Shown here in pieces: positions 18,888 through 27,285 of a stretch of 64,000 bases of DNA. The translations under genes and the position numbers were made by a program. The DNA comes from Candidatus Peregrinibacteria bacterium (GTDB lineage Bacteria > Patescibacteriota > Gracilibacteria > Peribacterales > Peribacteraceae): contig JACPMB010000012.1 in NCBI GenBank assembly GCA_016186175.1, positions 39,243 through 103,242 on the forward strand, written 5' to 3'. Position 1 is the first letter of the stretch; the number at the start of each line of letters is the position of its first letter. The notes beneath the pieces are model-generated. The model worked only from the letters and a program-made list of their open reading frames with translations, ran no database searches and was not told where the DNA came from.

Positions 18888-18976
18888 GGGTAGCCGGCTA
18901 TTTAAATAGCCGGCTACCAGATCGCGTTGCATGCGGAATTCATTCCGCATGGTGTCTGCATGATTATCCAGGTTCC
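18888..18976. repeat. Two-hairpin intergenic repeat, copy A (family 1)
   Basis: It contains the perfect 28-nt palindrome GTAGCCGGCTATTTAAATAGCCGGCTAC and a second palindrome ATGCGGAATTCATTCCGCAT. A homologous copy lies at 32747..32841. Confidence 0.8.
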
Positions 18977-19015
18977 CTAGTTTCTGCCTTCGGCAATGCG
19001 TACAATCGCGACGCC

Positions 19016-20326
19016 ATGGGCAAAGGACAAGACCTGTATCGCAAGGCAAGAACACTGATACCCGGCGGCACGCAGCTCCTCTCGAAGCGGCCGGAAATGC
19101 ATCTGCCGGAGCAATGGCCGAGCTACTACAGTCGCGCCAAAGGAGCCGAAGTGTGGGATTTGGACGGCAACCGCTATCTCGACATGGGAATGAACGGCAT
19201 CGGGGCGTGCGTGCTGGGGATGGCCGACCCCGACGTGGATGATTCAGTGAAAAAGGCAATTGACGTCGGAACGGCGGCCTCGCTCAATTGTCAGGAGGAA
19301 GTGGAACTCGCCGAGCTGCTTTGCGGGCTGCATCCGTGGGCCTCGATGGCGCGGTTTGCACGCGGAGGAGGGGAGGCGATGGCGATGGCCGCACGCATAG
19401 TCCGGGCGCATACCGGCAGGGAGAAGATCGCCTTTTGCGGATATCACGGCTGGCACGACTGGTATCTGTCCGCGAATCTTGCCGATGACGGCGCTCTCGA
19501 CGGACATCTGCTTCCAGGACTGGAACCGAAGGGCGTGCCGCGCGGGCTCAAAGGCACCATGTTGCCGTTCCGCTATAACGTAATCGAGGAGCTGGAAGCC
19601 ATCGCCAAAGATCATGGCACGGCACTCGCCGCCGTTGTCATGGAGCCGCTGCGCGACCAGGGTCCGCGTGACGGATTTTTGGAACGCGCCCGGGCAATCG
19701 CGACGCAGACTGGCGCTGTTCTTGTCTTCGACGAGGTGACTTCCGGGTTCCGTCTGACATGCGGCGGCGCGCACCTGATGCTCGGGGTCGAGCCCGACAT
19801 CGCAATCTTCGCAAAGGGAATGGGTAACGGCTATCCGATAGCCGCCGTCATCGGCCGCAGGCCGGTCATGGAATCGGCGCAAACAACGTTCATCAGCAGC
19901 ACGAGCTGGACCGAACGGATCGGCCCCACTGCGGCAATCGCCACCATCCGCAAATTCCGGAGGCTTAACGCGCATGAGCATCTGATTCATATCGGCGGGC
20001 TCATACAAAAAGGATGGAAAACTGCGGCTGAGGAGGCAGATCTCCCCTTGGCCATCTCTGGCATCAAGCCTTTGGGACACTTTTCCATTACATCGGCATT
20101 CGGCGAAGCCCCGCGAACGCTCTTCACCCAACTGATGCTCGAAAAGGGATTTCTAGCTCTCAATAAATTCTACGCCATGTACGCGCATACCGAGCGTCAT
20201 GTTGAGGAGTATTTCCGCGCGGTCCGCGAGGTCTTCCCTCTTGTTGCGCGTGCCATACAGTCGGGCACTGTGGAGAAAATGCTCAAGGGCCCCGTTGCGC
20301 ACGCGGGATTCAAAAGACTGGCCTGA
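19016..20326 (+). CDS. Class III PLP aminotransferase (glutamate-1-semialdehyde aminomutase-like)
   Basis: LVFDEVTSGFRL and FAKGMGNGYPIAA (PLP-lysine region); about 436 aa. Confidence 0.75.
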   Translation: MGKGQDLYRKARTLIPGGTQLLSKRPEMHLPEQWPSYYSRAKGAEVWDLDGNRYLDMGMNGIGACVLGMADPDVDDSVKKAIDVGTAASLNCQEEVELAELLCGLHPWASMARFARGGGEAMAMAARIVRAHTGREKIAFCGYHGWHDWYLSANLADDGALDGHLLPGLEPKGVPRGLKGTMLPFRYNVIEELEAIAKDHGTALAAVVMEPLRDQGPRDGFLERARAIATQTGAVLVFDEVTSGFRLTCGGAHLMLGVEPDIAIFAKGMGNGYPIAAVIGRRPVMESAQTTFISSTSWTERIGPTAAIATIRKFRRLNAHEHLIHIGGLIQKGWKTAAEEADLPLAISGIKPLGHFSITSAFGEAPRTLFTQLMLEKGFLALNKFYAMYAHTERHVEEYFRAVREVFPLVARAIQSGTVEKMLKGPVAHAGFKRLA

Positions 20327-20399
20327 CTTCCATTATTCACGTCACCTCATATGTGGTTCCTTTGGGGTCTGGCCGCATGGCAAGTTTGCATTCCCGTTC

Positions 20400-21455
20400 T
20401 CATGACTCTTTTGCCGGCTGGCCCTCCAGTCTCTTTAGAATCTCGAAGTACGGCCGCGCCCACTCTTGTGCGTACGCAGGGTCTCCCGGGTGCTGTGGAT
20501 CGAACGCTTCCTGAAAGACGGGATTTTTCTGGAGAACGTCGTCCATCATCCGGCGGGCCAGTTCGCTGTCTCCCTGTAAATCGGCGATATGCATGAGATG
20601 CGCCGCGTTGTTCATCTCGACGCGCGCGAACTTCTTCCACTGAAGAGAACCACTTTCTTGTTGGGTCTGGATATCCATTGCTGTTTGTAAATCTGTTTCC
20701 AGCACAGGTCGCCCTTCATCAAGCAGGCGCTTGCGCACATCCGCGTCTTTCGGGTCCGTGAGCGATCGTGCCCACTCATAACGAAACAAACCTGCTGTGC
20801 CTCCTCGTGCAGCCAGTACTCCGAATTGATCATCGGCGCGTTGGCAAAGACCGATGGATGCTTCGCCAATCTCAATCGCCTTTGCGTATTCCTTCCTATT
20901 GTAACAATCCATCGATTGCTCATAGCGCACTTTGGCGAGTTGGCCGAGAGCGAGTGTGTCGTTCTTCTCCAGTCGCCCCTGCAGTGCCGCCTCCACTTTT
21001 ACAGCCCAGACATTCATTTGACCGCTGTTTCCTTTTCGGCGGCAGTGCTCGACCAATCGGATACGCACGGGCAGAGCGGCAGTCTCCGCCAAAGCTGGTT
21101 CCGCATCCGCTAAATCACCCATACGCCGGAGGACCGCTCCGAAAAAATTACTGCTGTTACTGAGTAGAGAGGAGTGGAAGTGCAGGTTGTCGAAAACCTG
21201 TGGCTGTTGGAACAGGCGGCGTGCCGTCGTATCGATGATTACAAGTGTCGCCGTGTTGTCCGCCTTTTCAAAGATCTCATCGAGCATTTTCAGTTCATGA
21301 GCAGTGTTCCCTTCCGGGATAATGAGTGCATTTATCGCACGATCCAGTTGTGCGGCCAGTGCAATCGTTGCTTGAGCCGGAGTCATTGGCGCGGCGCTTT
21401 CCTGAGCGTTTTCCGGCAGACCAATTTCAGATTTTTCTTGTTCTGATGAAGACAT
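20400..21455 (-). CDS. Hypothetical protein, predicted all-helical (possibly TPR-like)
   Basis: A long ORF with no competing frame and no recognisable catalytic motif. It has a low-complexity acidic N-terminus and helical-repeat-like segments (YNRKEYAKAIEIGEASIGL). Confidence 0.4.
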   Translation of the reverse strand: MSSSEQEKSEIGLPENAQESAAPMTPAQATIALAAQLDRAINALIIPEGNTAHELKMLDEIFEKADNTATLVIIDTTARRLFQQPQVFDNLHFHSSLLSNSSNFFGAVLRRMGDLADAEPALAETAALPVRIRLVEHCRRKGNSGQMNVWAVKVEAALQGRLEKNDTLALGQLAKVRYEQSMDCYNRKEYAKAIEIGEASIGLCQRADDQFGVLAARGGTAGLFRYEWARSLTDPKDADVRKRLLDEGRPVLETDLQTAMDIQTQQESGSLQWKKFARVEMNNAAHLMHIADLQGDSELARRMMDDVLQKNPVFQEAFDPQHPGDPAYAQEWARPYFEILKRLEGQPAKES

Positions 21456-21524
21456 AAAAATGGTGTGAAAAGTTCGTAGACATTTTGCATCTTTACTTAA
21501 AAATTGTCAAGAGGGTGTACCTCG

Positions 21525-22853
21525 TCAAATGACGATGTGCCTTAATTCCCATTTTTCCTCAGCATTTTTCTTCCACAAATGTGACGACCGGAAGCGGTCG
21601 GCGAGCTCCATGAAGTACTCCCGCGTCATCGCCGGATGCCCGAATTCCCGTGAGACTTTTCCAAACTCTTTCTCGTTGATGCTTAGATATTTGAAATTGT
21701 CCTCCTCGAACCGCAATGGATATTCGCCGTCGAAGCGCCGTACCAGGGCGACGCCTTCCTCGCGCGTGATGTCGCCAGAGCGTATTTCCTGCGCCGCGTC
21801 GTAAGTCGCGCGCCCGATGCCGAATTTGATGAAAGTCGTGTAGTAATGGAGGTCGTCTATCTTGTCGTCAATGCTGTTGTACTTGCTGTAGGTCCCGGGA
21901 GTCCGTTCCGGCGACGCTTCAAAGCCGCCGTGTTCCACCGCGTAGTAGTAGCAAGATTGCGGGTGCCACTTGAGATAATACCCAAGGTAATGCACCTGGA
22001 TTTTTTTCTCCTCCAGCTCCGCAGGATCCGCCGGAAAGTACGTAAGAAGGTCGTTTTTCGTCACGCCGTAGCGCTCTTCCAGTTCCATGACAGGCGTCCC
22101 GCCGATGTGGACTGATGATAAATCGGACGCTGTAAAGTACGACCAGTTGCGCTGCGCCTTATCAGCATCGGCGATCGGATTCCCGTACTCCGCCTCGTTT
22201 TCACCGTAGAATACGAGCGGAATCCCGAATCGAACTGCAAGTTTTGGAGCGAGGAATTTCTGCCCCAGCATGAATGCCTGGAATGGATGGAAGAGATTTT
22301 CGAGCGCGAGGCGGGTAAGCAGCCGGTGCACGCGCCCGTTCGGCGTGTGCAGGTAATTGTCGAATCCGGCGTGGATCCACGACTGGAAATTGCGCCATCC
22401 CCACGGCGTGTATGTGTGAGGAGCCCAGGTGACCGTAAGCGGATGCATGCCGTATCCGTACTTGAGCTTGTGCGCGGCGTACAAACTGTCTTTTCCCCCT
22501 GATCCGGGAACCAGGCAATCGTAGCCGCCGTCGTCCTTTCGGTGCCGGTCGCACAGTTCGCGCAGTTCCCTTTCGCGAGCGAGCCAGTCAATCGTACGAT
22601 GTTTCTTTTCGGTGAACCTGCACGCGTCGCAAACGCCTTCGGAATCGAAATTGATAGTCTGCTTTTTGGATTCGGACGTGTGCCGGAACTCAACGGCGGA
22701 GTTCGGGCGCTGGTTCGATATCACGCACCGCTTGCAAAAGCGCACTTCGGCAGGCAAGCCGTACTTTGTTTCGATGGCTGGCACCCCCGCACTGTATGGA
22801 TGGCAGAGCGGCTTTTCAAGACGCTTTATACCTGCAAGAATCGGCTGATTCAT
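21525..22853 (-). CDS. N-acetyl sugar amidotransferase (PP-loop; PseA/PtmG family), copy 2
   Basis: CKRCVISNQRPNS...EGVCDACRF ribbon and PP-loop VPGSGGKDSL. Start could be ATG 22853, 22877 or 22949. With 22853 the start codon overlaps the divergent MBOAT start. Confidence 0.75.
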   Translation of the reverse strand: MNQPILAGIKRLEKPLCHPYSAGVPAIETKYGLPAEVRFCKRCVISNQRPNSAVEFRHTSESKKQTINFDSEGVCDACRFTEKKHRTIDWLARERELRELCDRHRKDDGGYDCLVPGSGGKDSLYAAHKLKYGYGMHPLTVTWAPHTYTPWGWRNFQSWIHAGFDNYLHTPNGRVHRLLTRLALENLFHPFQAFMLGQKFLAPKLAVRFGIPLVFYGENEAEYGNPIADADKAQRNWSYFTASDLSSVHIGGTPVMELEERYGVTKNDLLTYFPADPAELEEKKIQVHYLGYYLKWHPQSCYYYAVEHGGFEASPERTPGTYSKYNSIDDKIDDLHYYTTFIKFGIGRATYDAAQEIRSGDITREEGVALVRRFDGEYPLRFEEDNFKYLSINEKEFGKVSREFGHPAMTREYFMELADRFRSSHLWKKNAEEKWELRHIVI

Positions 22854-24420
22854 GCTGTTCAACTCTTTTGAATACATGCTGGTTTTTCTTCCCGTCACGA
22901 CAGCCGTGTTTTTTTTCCTGTTGCGCAGGATGGGGATGAACGCAGCCATCGCGTGGATTGCCGCGGCATCACTCTTTTTTTACGCGTGGTGGAACCCCGT
23001 ATATGTTTTTCTGCTGCTGGCGTCCATTCTTTGCAATTACGCTCTCAGCCTTGCGATACGCCGTTTCCGCGGGAAGCGGAAATTATGGCTGTGCATCGGC
23101 GTCGTATTCAATCTCGCGGTCCTTTTCTATTTCAAATACGCAAATTTCTTCCTGCAGACTCTGGAGGGATTCGGCGCAGGCCGCTTTTCCGTCGGGACGG
23201 TCGTTCTGCCGTTGGGTATCTCCTTCATCACGTTTCAGAAGATCGCCTATCTCGTGGACGCGTACCGTTCGGCGGATGCCGGCTTCAGCTTCTTGCAGTA
23301 CTGCTTTTTCGTCACTTTTTTCCCGCAGCTTATCGCCGGCCCGATAGTGCGCCCGTCCGACATCCGCCCGCAGCTCGAAACAGGGAGCGCGTTCAGGTTC
23401 CTGGAAAGCAACTTTGCCGCCGGGCTGACAATTTTCGTCATAGGTCTTTGGAAAAAAGTCGTGTTCGCCGATTCCGTCGCCGCATACGCGTCGCCGATTT
23501 TTCAAGCGGCGGATGCGGGCATGCAGATCAATTTCCTGGAATCATGGATGGGGGCGCTCGCGTACACGCTGCAACTGTATTTTGATTTTTCCGGATACGC
23601 GGACATGGCGATCGGCTCGGCTCGAATCTTCGGCGTTCACTTGCCGATTAATTTCAATTCGCCGTATAAATCCGGCAGCATCATAATGTTCTGGCGGACA
23701 TGGCACATCACCTTATCCAATTACCTCCGCGATTATCTATACATTCCGATGGGAGGCAGTCGGAAAGGGGGATTAAGAACATATTCCAATCTTTTTCTTA
23801 CGATGCTCATTGGAGGATTGTGGCACGGCGCGGGCTGGACATTCGTTTTTTGGGGTGCGCTGCACGGGGCGTACCTGGTTGTCAATCATCTGTGGCGGGC
23901 GCTGCGCGCCTCCGCCGCAGGAGCCGGAAGCCGGATCGCGCGAGGCTTCTGCTGGCTTCTGACTTTCCTGTGCGTGATCGTCAGCTGGGTGTTCTTCCGG
24001 GCGGAGACTTTCGATGGTGCGTGGAACATGCTGCGCGGAATGGCCGGATTCCGCGGGATCGCGCTTCCGTCTTCATATATTTTGCGAGCTGGAGAACCCT
24101 CCGCGCAATGGATGTCGGCGCATGGCTTTACATTCGATCTTGTTGAAACCATGGTTCTCCGCCCCGACGCGTTTTACAGCGGAACGAAATGGGTCGTCGT
24201 TCTTCTGCTCGCAGCTCTTTTCGCTCCAAATACGCAGGAATTCATGGGCAGCTTCCTCCCGGTCATAAATCCGGATAAGCATCCGGCGCCGCCGCGCAGA
24301 TTACGGTGGCGGTGGTCGCCGAATGCCGCGAACGCGTTCATCATCGCTTCGATGAGCGTCGTGTCTCTGGCCATGCTCGCGCTCATGCAGGAAAAAGAAT
24401 TTCTGTATTTCCAATTTTAA
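22852..24420 (+). CDS. MBOAT family membrane O-acyltransferase (AlgI/DltB-like)
   Basis: The N-terminus MLFNSFEYMLVFLPV is typical of AlgI. The protein is polytopic with a conserved His region (LWHGAGWTFVFWGALHG). Confidence 0.8.
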   Translation: MLFNSFEYMLVFLPVTTAVFFFLLRRMGMNAAIAWIAAASLFFYAWWNPVYVFLLLASILCNYALSLAIRRFRGKRKLWLCIGVVFNLAVLFYFKYANFFLQTLEGFGAGRFSVGTVVLPLGISFITFQKIAYLVDAYRSADAGFSFLQYCFFVTFFPQLIAGPIVRPSDIRPQLETGSAFRFLESNFAAGLTIFVIGLWKKVVFADSVAAYASPIFQAADAGMQINFLESWMGALAYTLQLYFDFSGYADMAIGSARIFGVHLPINFNSPYKSGSIIMFWRTWHITLSNYLRDYLYIPMGGSRKGGLRTYSNLFLTMLIGGLWHGAGWTFVFWGALHGAYLVVNHLWRALRASAAGAGSRIARGFCWLLTFLCVIVSWVFFRAETFDGAWNMLRGMAGFRGIALPSSYILRAGEPSAQWMSAHGFTFDLVETMVLRPDAFYSGTKWVVVLLLAALFAPNTQEFMGSFLPVINPDKHPAPPRRLRWRWSPNAANAFIIASMSVVSLAMLALMQEKEFLYFQF

Positions 24421-24422
24421 GA

Positions 24423-25595
24423 ATGTTCAGAGCTTATCTTATCAAATATGTTCTGTTTCTTCTGCCAGGGGGCCTGTTCATCGGTCTGAATTACGCGTTC
24501 CTGCTCAGAACGGGTGAGCTTCTCTCTATTCATCAGATAGTGGAGCGCCAGCAGGCGAATTTCTGCCTTTACGGGACGGCTTTGCACGACGACACTTTCT
24601 ATTTCAAGCTGGATGGATACGCTTCAAAAAAACCGGATGTCGCGCTTATAGGCTCTTCGCGCGTGATGCAGGTGCGGGAGGGTTTTTTCCGCAGTTCTTT
24701 TTACAATCTTGGCGGCGCGATGAATTCAATCGGCGAGGGGGCGCATCTCGTTGATCTGATGGTAAAACTGCACAAACCGAAACTGCTCCTGGTGGGGGCG
24801 GATTTCTGGTGGTTCAACGATAAATTTTCCAAGATCAATGCACGACAGTCCCCGCTGCCTCCAAAACCGAGAATGCGGATCGGATTTCTTCTAAAACCCG
24901 CTTCGCTTCTGCGCGAAGGGAAAATCACCGCCGGAAAATACGTCAATATCCTGACTGGACGGTCTGCGCCATCGAATGACTTCGTTTGCACAATAGGCAT
25001 CGGCGCCGCCATCACGCACGACGGATTCGGGCCCGACGGCTCATATTACTATTCGCGGCTGCTGGGCGGAAAAATTCAGGAGGACTCCGACGAAAAATTC
25101 GCGCATACTATCGAGCGCATCAGGACGGCAGGAAACAGGTTCGAGCGCGGAGATCATGCCAATGCGGAGAACACGACCCGTTTCTTGGAATACATCCGTT
25201 CCATCAAGGAACAGGGGATTCAAGTCGCGGTGTTCTTCCCGCCGCTTTCCCCGACCGTCAACCGCGCGCTGGACAGGTACAGGGACCAGTACGGATATTT
25301 TTCGGAATTGAGGACGATCCTGCGCGACGCCGGCGTGGATTTTTTTGATTTTGAGGATGCGCCATCTCTCGCTTCAAATAACTGTGAATTCGTGGATGGG
25401 TTTCACGGGGGGGACGTCACGAACGCCCGCATGATTCTGGCTATGGCGAAGAAGGACGCACAAATCCGCTCCTTCGTGGATATTCCTTCGCTTGAAGCGA
25501 TGATTCAGCGCAATCGAGGACGGGCGTCCGTCCTGGATGCGCGCGTGATGAATGAAAAAGAGGAAGATTTTCTTAAAATCGGGTGCAGCAAGTGA
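24423..25595 (+). CDS. Membrane-anchored SGNH/DltD-like partner of the MBOAT acyltransferase
   Basis: N-terminal TM helix, block-I-like IGSSRV and a C-terminal DGFHGG (D-x-x-H). It starts 3 nt after the MBOAT stop. Confidence 0.5.
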   Translation: MFRAYLIKYVLFLLPGGLFIGLNYAFLLRTGELLSIHQIVERQQANFCLYGTALHDDTFYFKLDGYASKKPDVALIGSSRVMQVREGFFRSSFYNLGGAMNSIGEGAHLVDLMVKLHKPKLLLVGADFWWFNDKFSKINARQSPLPPKPRMRIGFLLKPASLLREGKITAGKYVNILTGRSAPSNDFVCTIGIGAAITHDGFGPDGSYYYSRLLGGKIQEDSDEKFAHTIERIRTAGNRFERGDHANAENTTRFLEYIRSIKEQGIQVAVFFPPLSPTVNRALDRYRDQYGYFSELRTILRDAGVDFFDFEDAPSLASNNCEFVDGFHGGDVTNARMILAMAKKDAQIRSFVDIPSLEAMIQRNRGRASVLDARVMNEKEEDFLKIGCSK

Positions 25596-25606
25596 TGTCC
25601 TGCCTG

Positions 25607-27283
25607 TCAGAATACATTAAGAAAAGATTGCGGTTTCTCCGCATGTCCCCGCATCATCGCTTCCGCCTGCGCAACTGGCGCCAGAACCTCGTTCCAGTAT
25701 CGGAAGATGTAGGACTCCCGGAAGGAAAGGCGACGGAGCGGTCGGTCGAAGAAAATCTTTTGCAGGAGCACATTCACCACGTTGAACCCCAGCGCGCTTG
25801 CTGCGCCCGTGGTGCCGGAAAAGCGGCAGTTGATTTCGAAAATTTTGAATGTCCCGCCGGATTTCCGCAGCTGGAAATTGCACGGACCGGTGATTTTCAA
25901 TTTCTTCCCCACCTCTTCTATGAATTTCTCCATTTTGGGATCGCGCCGGGCGATTGCCTTGTAGGTATCTCCGCTCCTCAGCCAGCGCTGCATGGATATC
26001 ACTCCGTAACACTCGCCCTCATAAAAAAATCCTCCGCACGTGTACTCCCCGTCGTCGTCCCGCAGATATTCCTGCACAACCGCATTCTTCATGGTTTTCA
26101 GCAGTGTTCTCAGTGACTTTTCATCTTTAACAATCTGAAATCCGACGGACCGCGCCCCGACGCGCGGTTTGACCGCCAGAGGGAATCCCGCGTCGCGGAT
26201 CAGATCATCAACGGAGTCAGGCAGAGCCGAACGGACAAACGGCAGATCGTGGGATTCCAGGAATTCCGCTGTTTTCCATTTGTCGTCCGCAATCGCGATC
26301 GTGTCGGGGTGGCTTACGATAATCTTTGCTCCCGTTTCTTTCTCAAATTCGTCTCTGCTGCGAGCAAGAATTTCCAGCTCCACGTCCGTGCCTATCAGAA
26401 GAAGTTCCACATGTTCGGCCATGCAGATTTTCCTGAGTGTCTCGATGTACCTCGGATCCTTCGCTGCGGGGATCACATGAGCCGCATCGGCGCGGTAAAG
26501 ACCGGCGGCCAGGGGATCCATATCCACGGCGATGATGCGGGTTCTCACATTGGAAAGCTTCAAAGCTTTCAGAATGCTCTGTCCCACGCCGGCGCCAGCG
26601 CCTGTGACTAGCACGGTGATGGGAGCCACGAGAGCAAACGCCGCGTCGCCCAATTCTTCCGCCAGCTCATGCAGATCGCTCCCGAAGGAAAAATGATGAA
26701 TATTGCCCTTTGCGATTTCGTCACTAACAAATGTATGAATGGAGCCCAGCGATTGTTTGTCGTTGAATTCAAACTTGACGCCGTTTTTTACGCACATGGC
26801 GTACACGTCCTCCACATACTCTTTGGGGGCGTCGAGATTATAAAAGCGCTTGCACATGCTGAACGGATGGCCAAGCACGTCCACGTCCGGATGCCGCGCG
26901 AGCATTTTTGTCAGTTCGTATTCCTTCTCCAGCAGCTCTCCTTTGTCCATCGCCTTGATGCCGGTAAAATGATGAACGCTGCCTATCACGGTTTCCGCGG
27001 CATCCAGTATTTCGCGCGTTGTGTTAAGCGTACCGTTCTCCAGAATTTTCACTTCGCACCCGATTCTTACCTGGAAGTCGCGGTACTTCCGTCGCAGCTC
27101 TGTGATTTCTTTTGCGTACGCCGGGAACCAGCCGGTTTTCATGTTCACATGGTCGGATATCGTGAGATCCAGCCTGTTGTGGAGAGCGTTGTATTCCAGA
27201 ATTTCGGCAATCGTCAATTTCCCGTCGCTGTACGTCGAGTGAATGTGATTGTCCTCGAAAAGAGCGGTGCGAAGCATCGGCAT
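25607..27283 (-). CDS. Fusion protein: N-terminal PHP (histidinol-phosphatase-like) domain + C-terminal ATP-grasp ligase
   Basis: The PHP domain shows FEDNHIHSTYSDGKL...ISDHVN...GSVHH. The ATP-grasp half (VLVTGAGAGVGQSILKAL ... KWKTAEFLESHDLPFVRS ... NFQLRKSGGTFKIFEINCRFSG) resembles CarB-like ligases. I start it at ATG 27283. Confidence 0.6.
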   Translation of the reverse strand: MPMLRTALFEDNHIHSTYSDGKLTIAEILEYNALHNRLDLTISDHVNMKTGWFPAYAKEITELRRKYRDFQVRIGCEVKILENGTLNTTREILDAAETVIGSVHHFTGIKAMDKGELLEKEYELTKMLARHPDVDVLGHPFSMCKRFYNLDAPKEYVEDVYAMCVKNGVKFEFNDKQSLGSIHTFVSDEIAKGNIHHFSFGSDLHELAEELGDAAFALVAPITVLVTGAGAGVGQSILKALKLSNVRTRIIAVDMDPLAAGLYRADAAHVIPAAKDPRYIETLRKICMAEHVELLLIGTDVELEILARSRDEFEKETGAKIIVSHPDTIAIADDKWKTAEFLESHDLPFVRSALPDSVDDLIRDAGFPLAVKPRVGARSVGFQIVKDEKSLRTLLKTMKNAVVQEYLRDDDGEYTCGGFFYEGECYGVISMQRWLRSGDTYKAIARRDPKMEKFIEEVGKKLKITGPCNFQLRKSGGTFKIFEINCRFSGTTGAASALGFNVVNVLLQKIFFDRPLRRLSFRESYIFRYWNEVLAPVAQAEAMMRGHAEKPQSFLNVF

Positions 27284-27285
27284 AG

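Noticed and set aside
18882-19259. Extension of the methyltransferase ORF to 19259 (406 aa).
   Set aside because: It would translate through the palindromic intergenic repeat (copy A) and overlap the divergent aminotransferase start.
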